Position numbers and translations under genes: made by a program
Source of the DNA: Phoronis australis
Taxonomy: Eukaryota; Animalia; Phoronida
Length of the DNA stretch: 64,000 nucleotides
Assembly (NCBI GenBank): GCA_002633005.1
Contig: NMRA01000163.1
Coordinates: forward strand, 156,071 to 220,070
Direction of reading: 5' to 3'
In this document: piece after piece, positions 63,825-64,000 of the stretch
Numbering within the stretch: position 1 is the stretch's first letter
Layout of the letters: each line of letters opens with the position of its first letter
Notes under the pieces: model-generated
Told to the model about the DNA's origin: nothing
The model's database searches: none
The model's input: only the letters and a program-made list of their open reading frames with translations

Positions 63825-64000
63825 CTGAAACAAGATCAACCCGTAGTTTTGACATACGTGTGTCCATCACAAACAGCAAGGTTCTCATTACTACGAACTT
63901 AGGTTTCTGCAACTTGTCTCGCCACATCAAAACTGGCTAAGTTTAAAGTAAAATAATATAAAACAATGAAGCGAATTATTGAGCCAAAAATGCCACCCAA

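Overview
Eukaryotic (animal, probably invertebrate; inferred from spliceosomal introns and the transposon families) genomic scaffold. It is AT-rich and transposon-dense, and contains single-N contig joins that duplicate flanking sequence. The only clearly intact host gene is GPN1 (minus strand, 10 exons visible at 47446-63824, 5' end outside the window); one of its introns is U12-type. The most striking feature is a plus-strand locus at 14801-27654. Six phase-consistent exons encode a Tudor/chromo-barrel-like protein and can splice in frame into a 5.3-kb exon. That exon encodes, in order, a USP-like protease (one frameshift), two Bro-N-like repeats, a RAG1/Transib-like DDE core with an intact D-D-E but none of the expected C2H2 zinc-ligand pattern, a BRCT domain and an HMG box. 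Imperfect bipartite inverted repeats about 18 kb apart bracket the locus. Also present: a full-length Gypsy LTR element with TSD, PBS and PPT; three Kolobok-type elements (one with THAP plus KolX); an RLE-type LINE fragment; an intron-containing APEX2 pseudogene; and three copies of a ~3-kb chimeric repeat carrying Tc1, CbbX-like AAA+ and pogo fragments. All domain calls come from motif recognition by eye, not from database searches.
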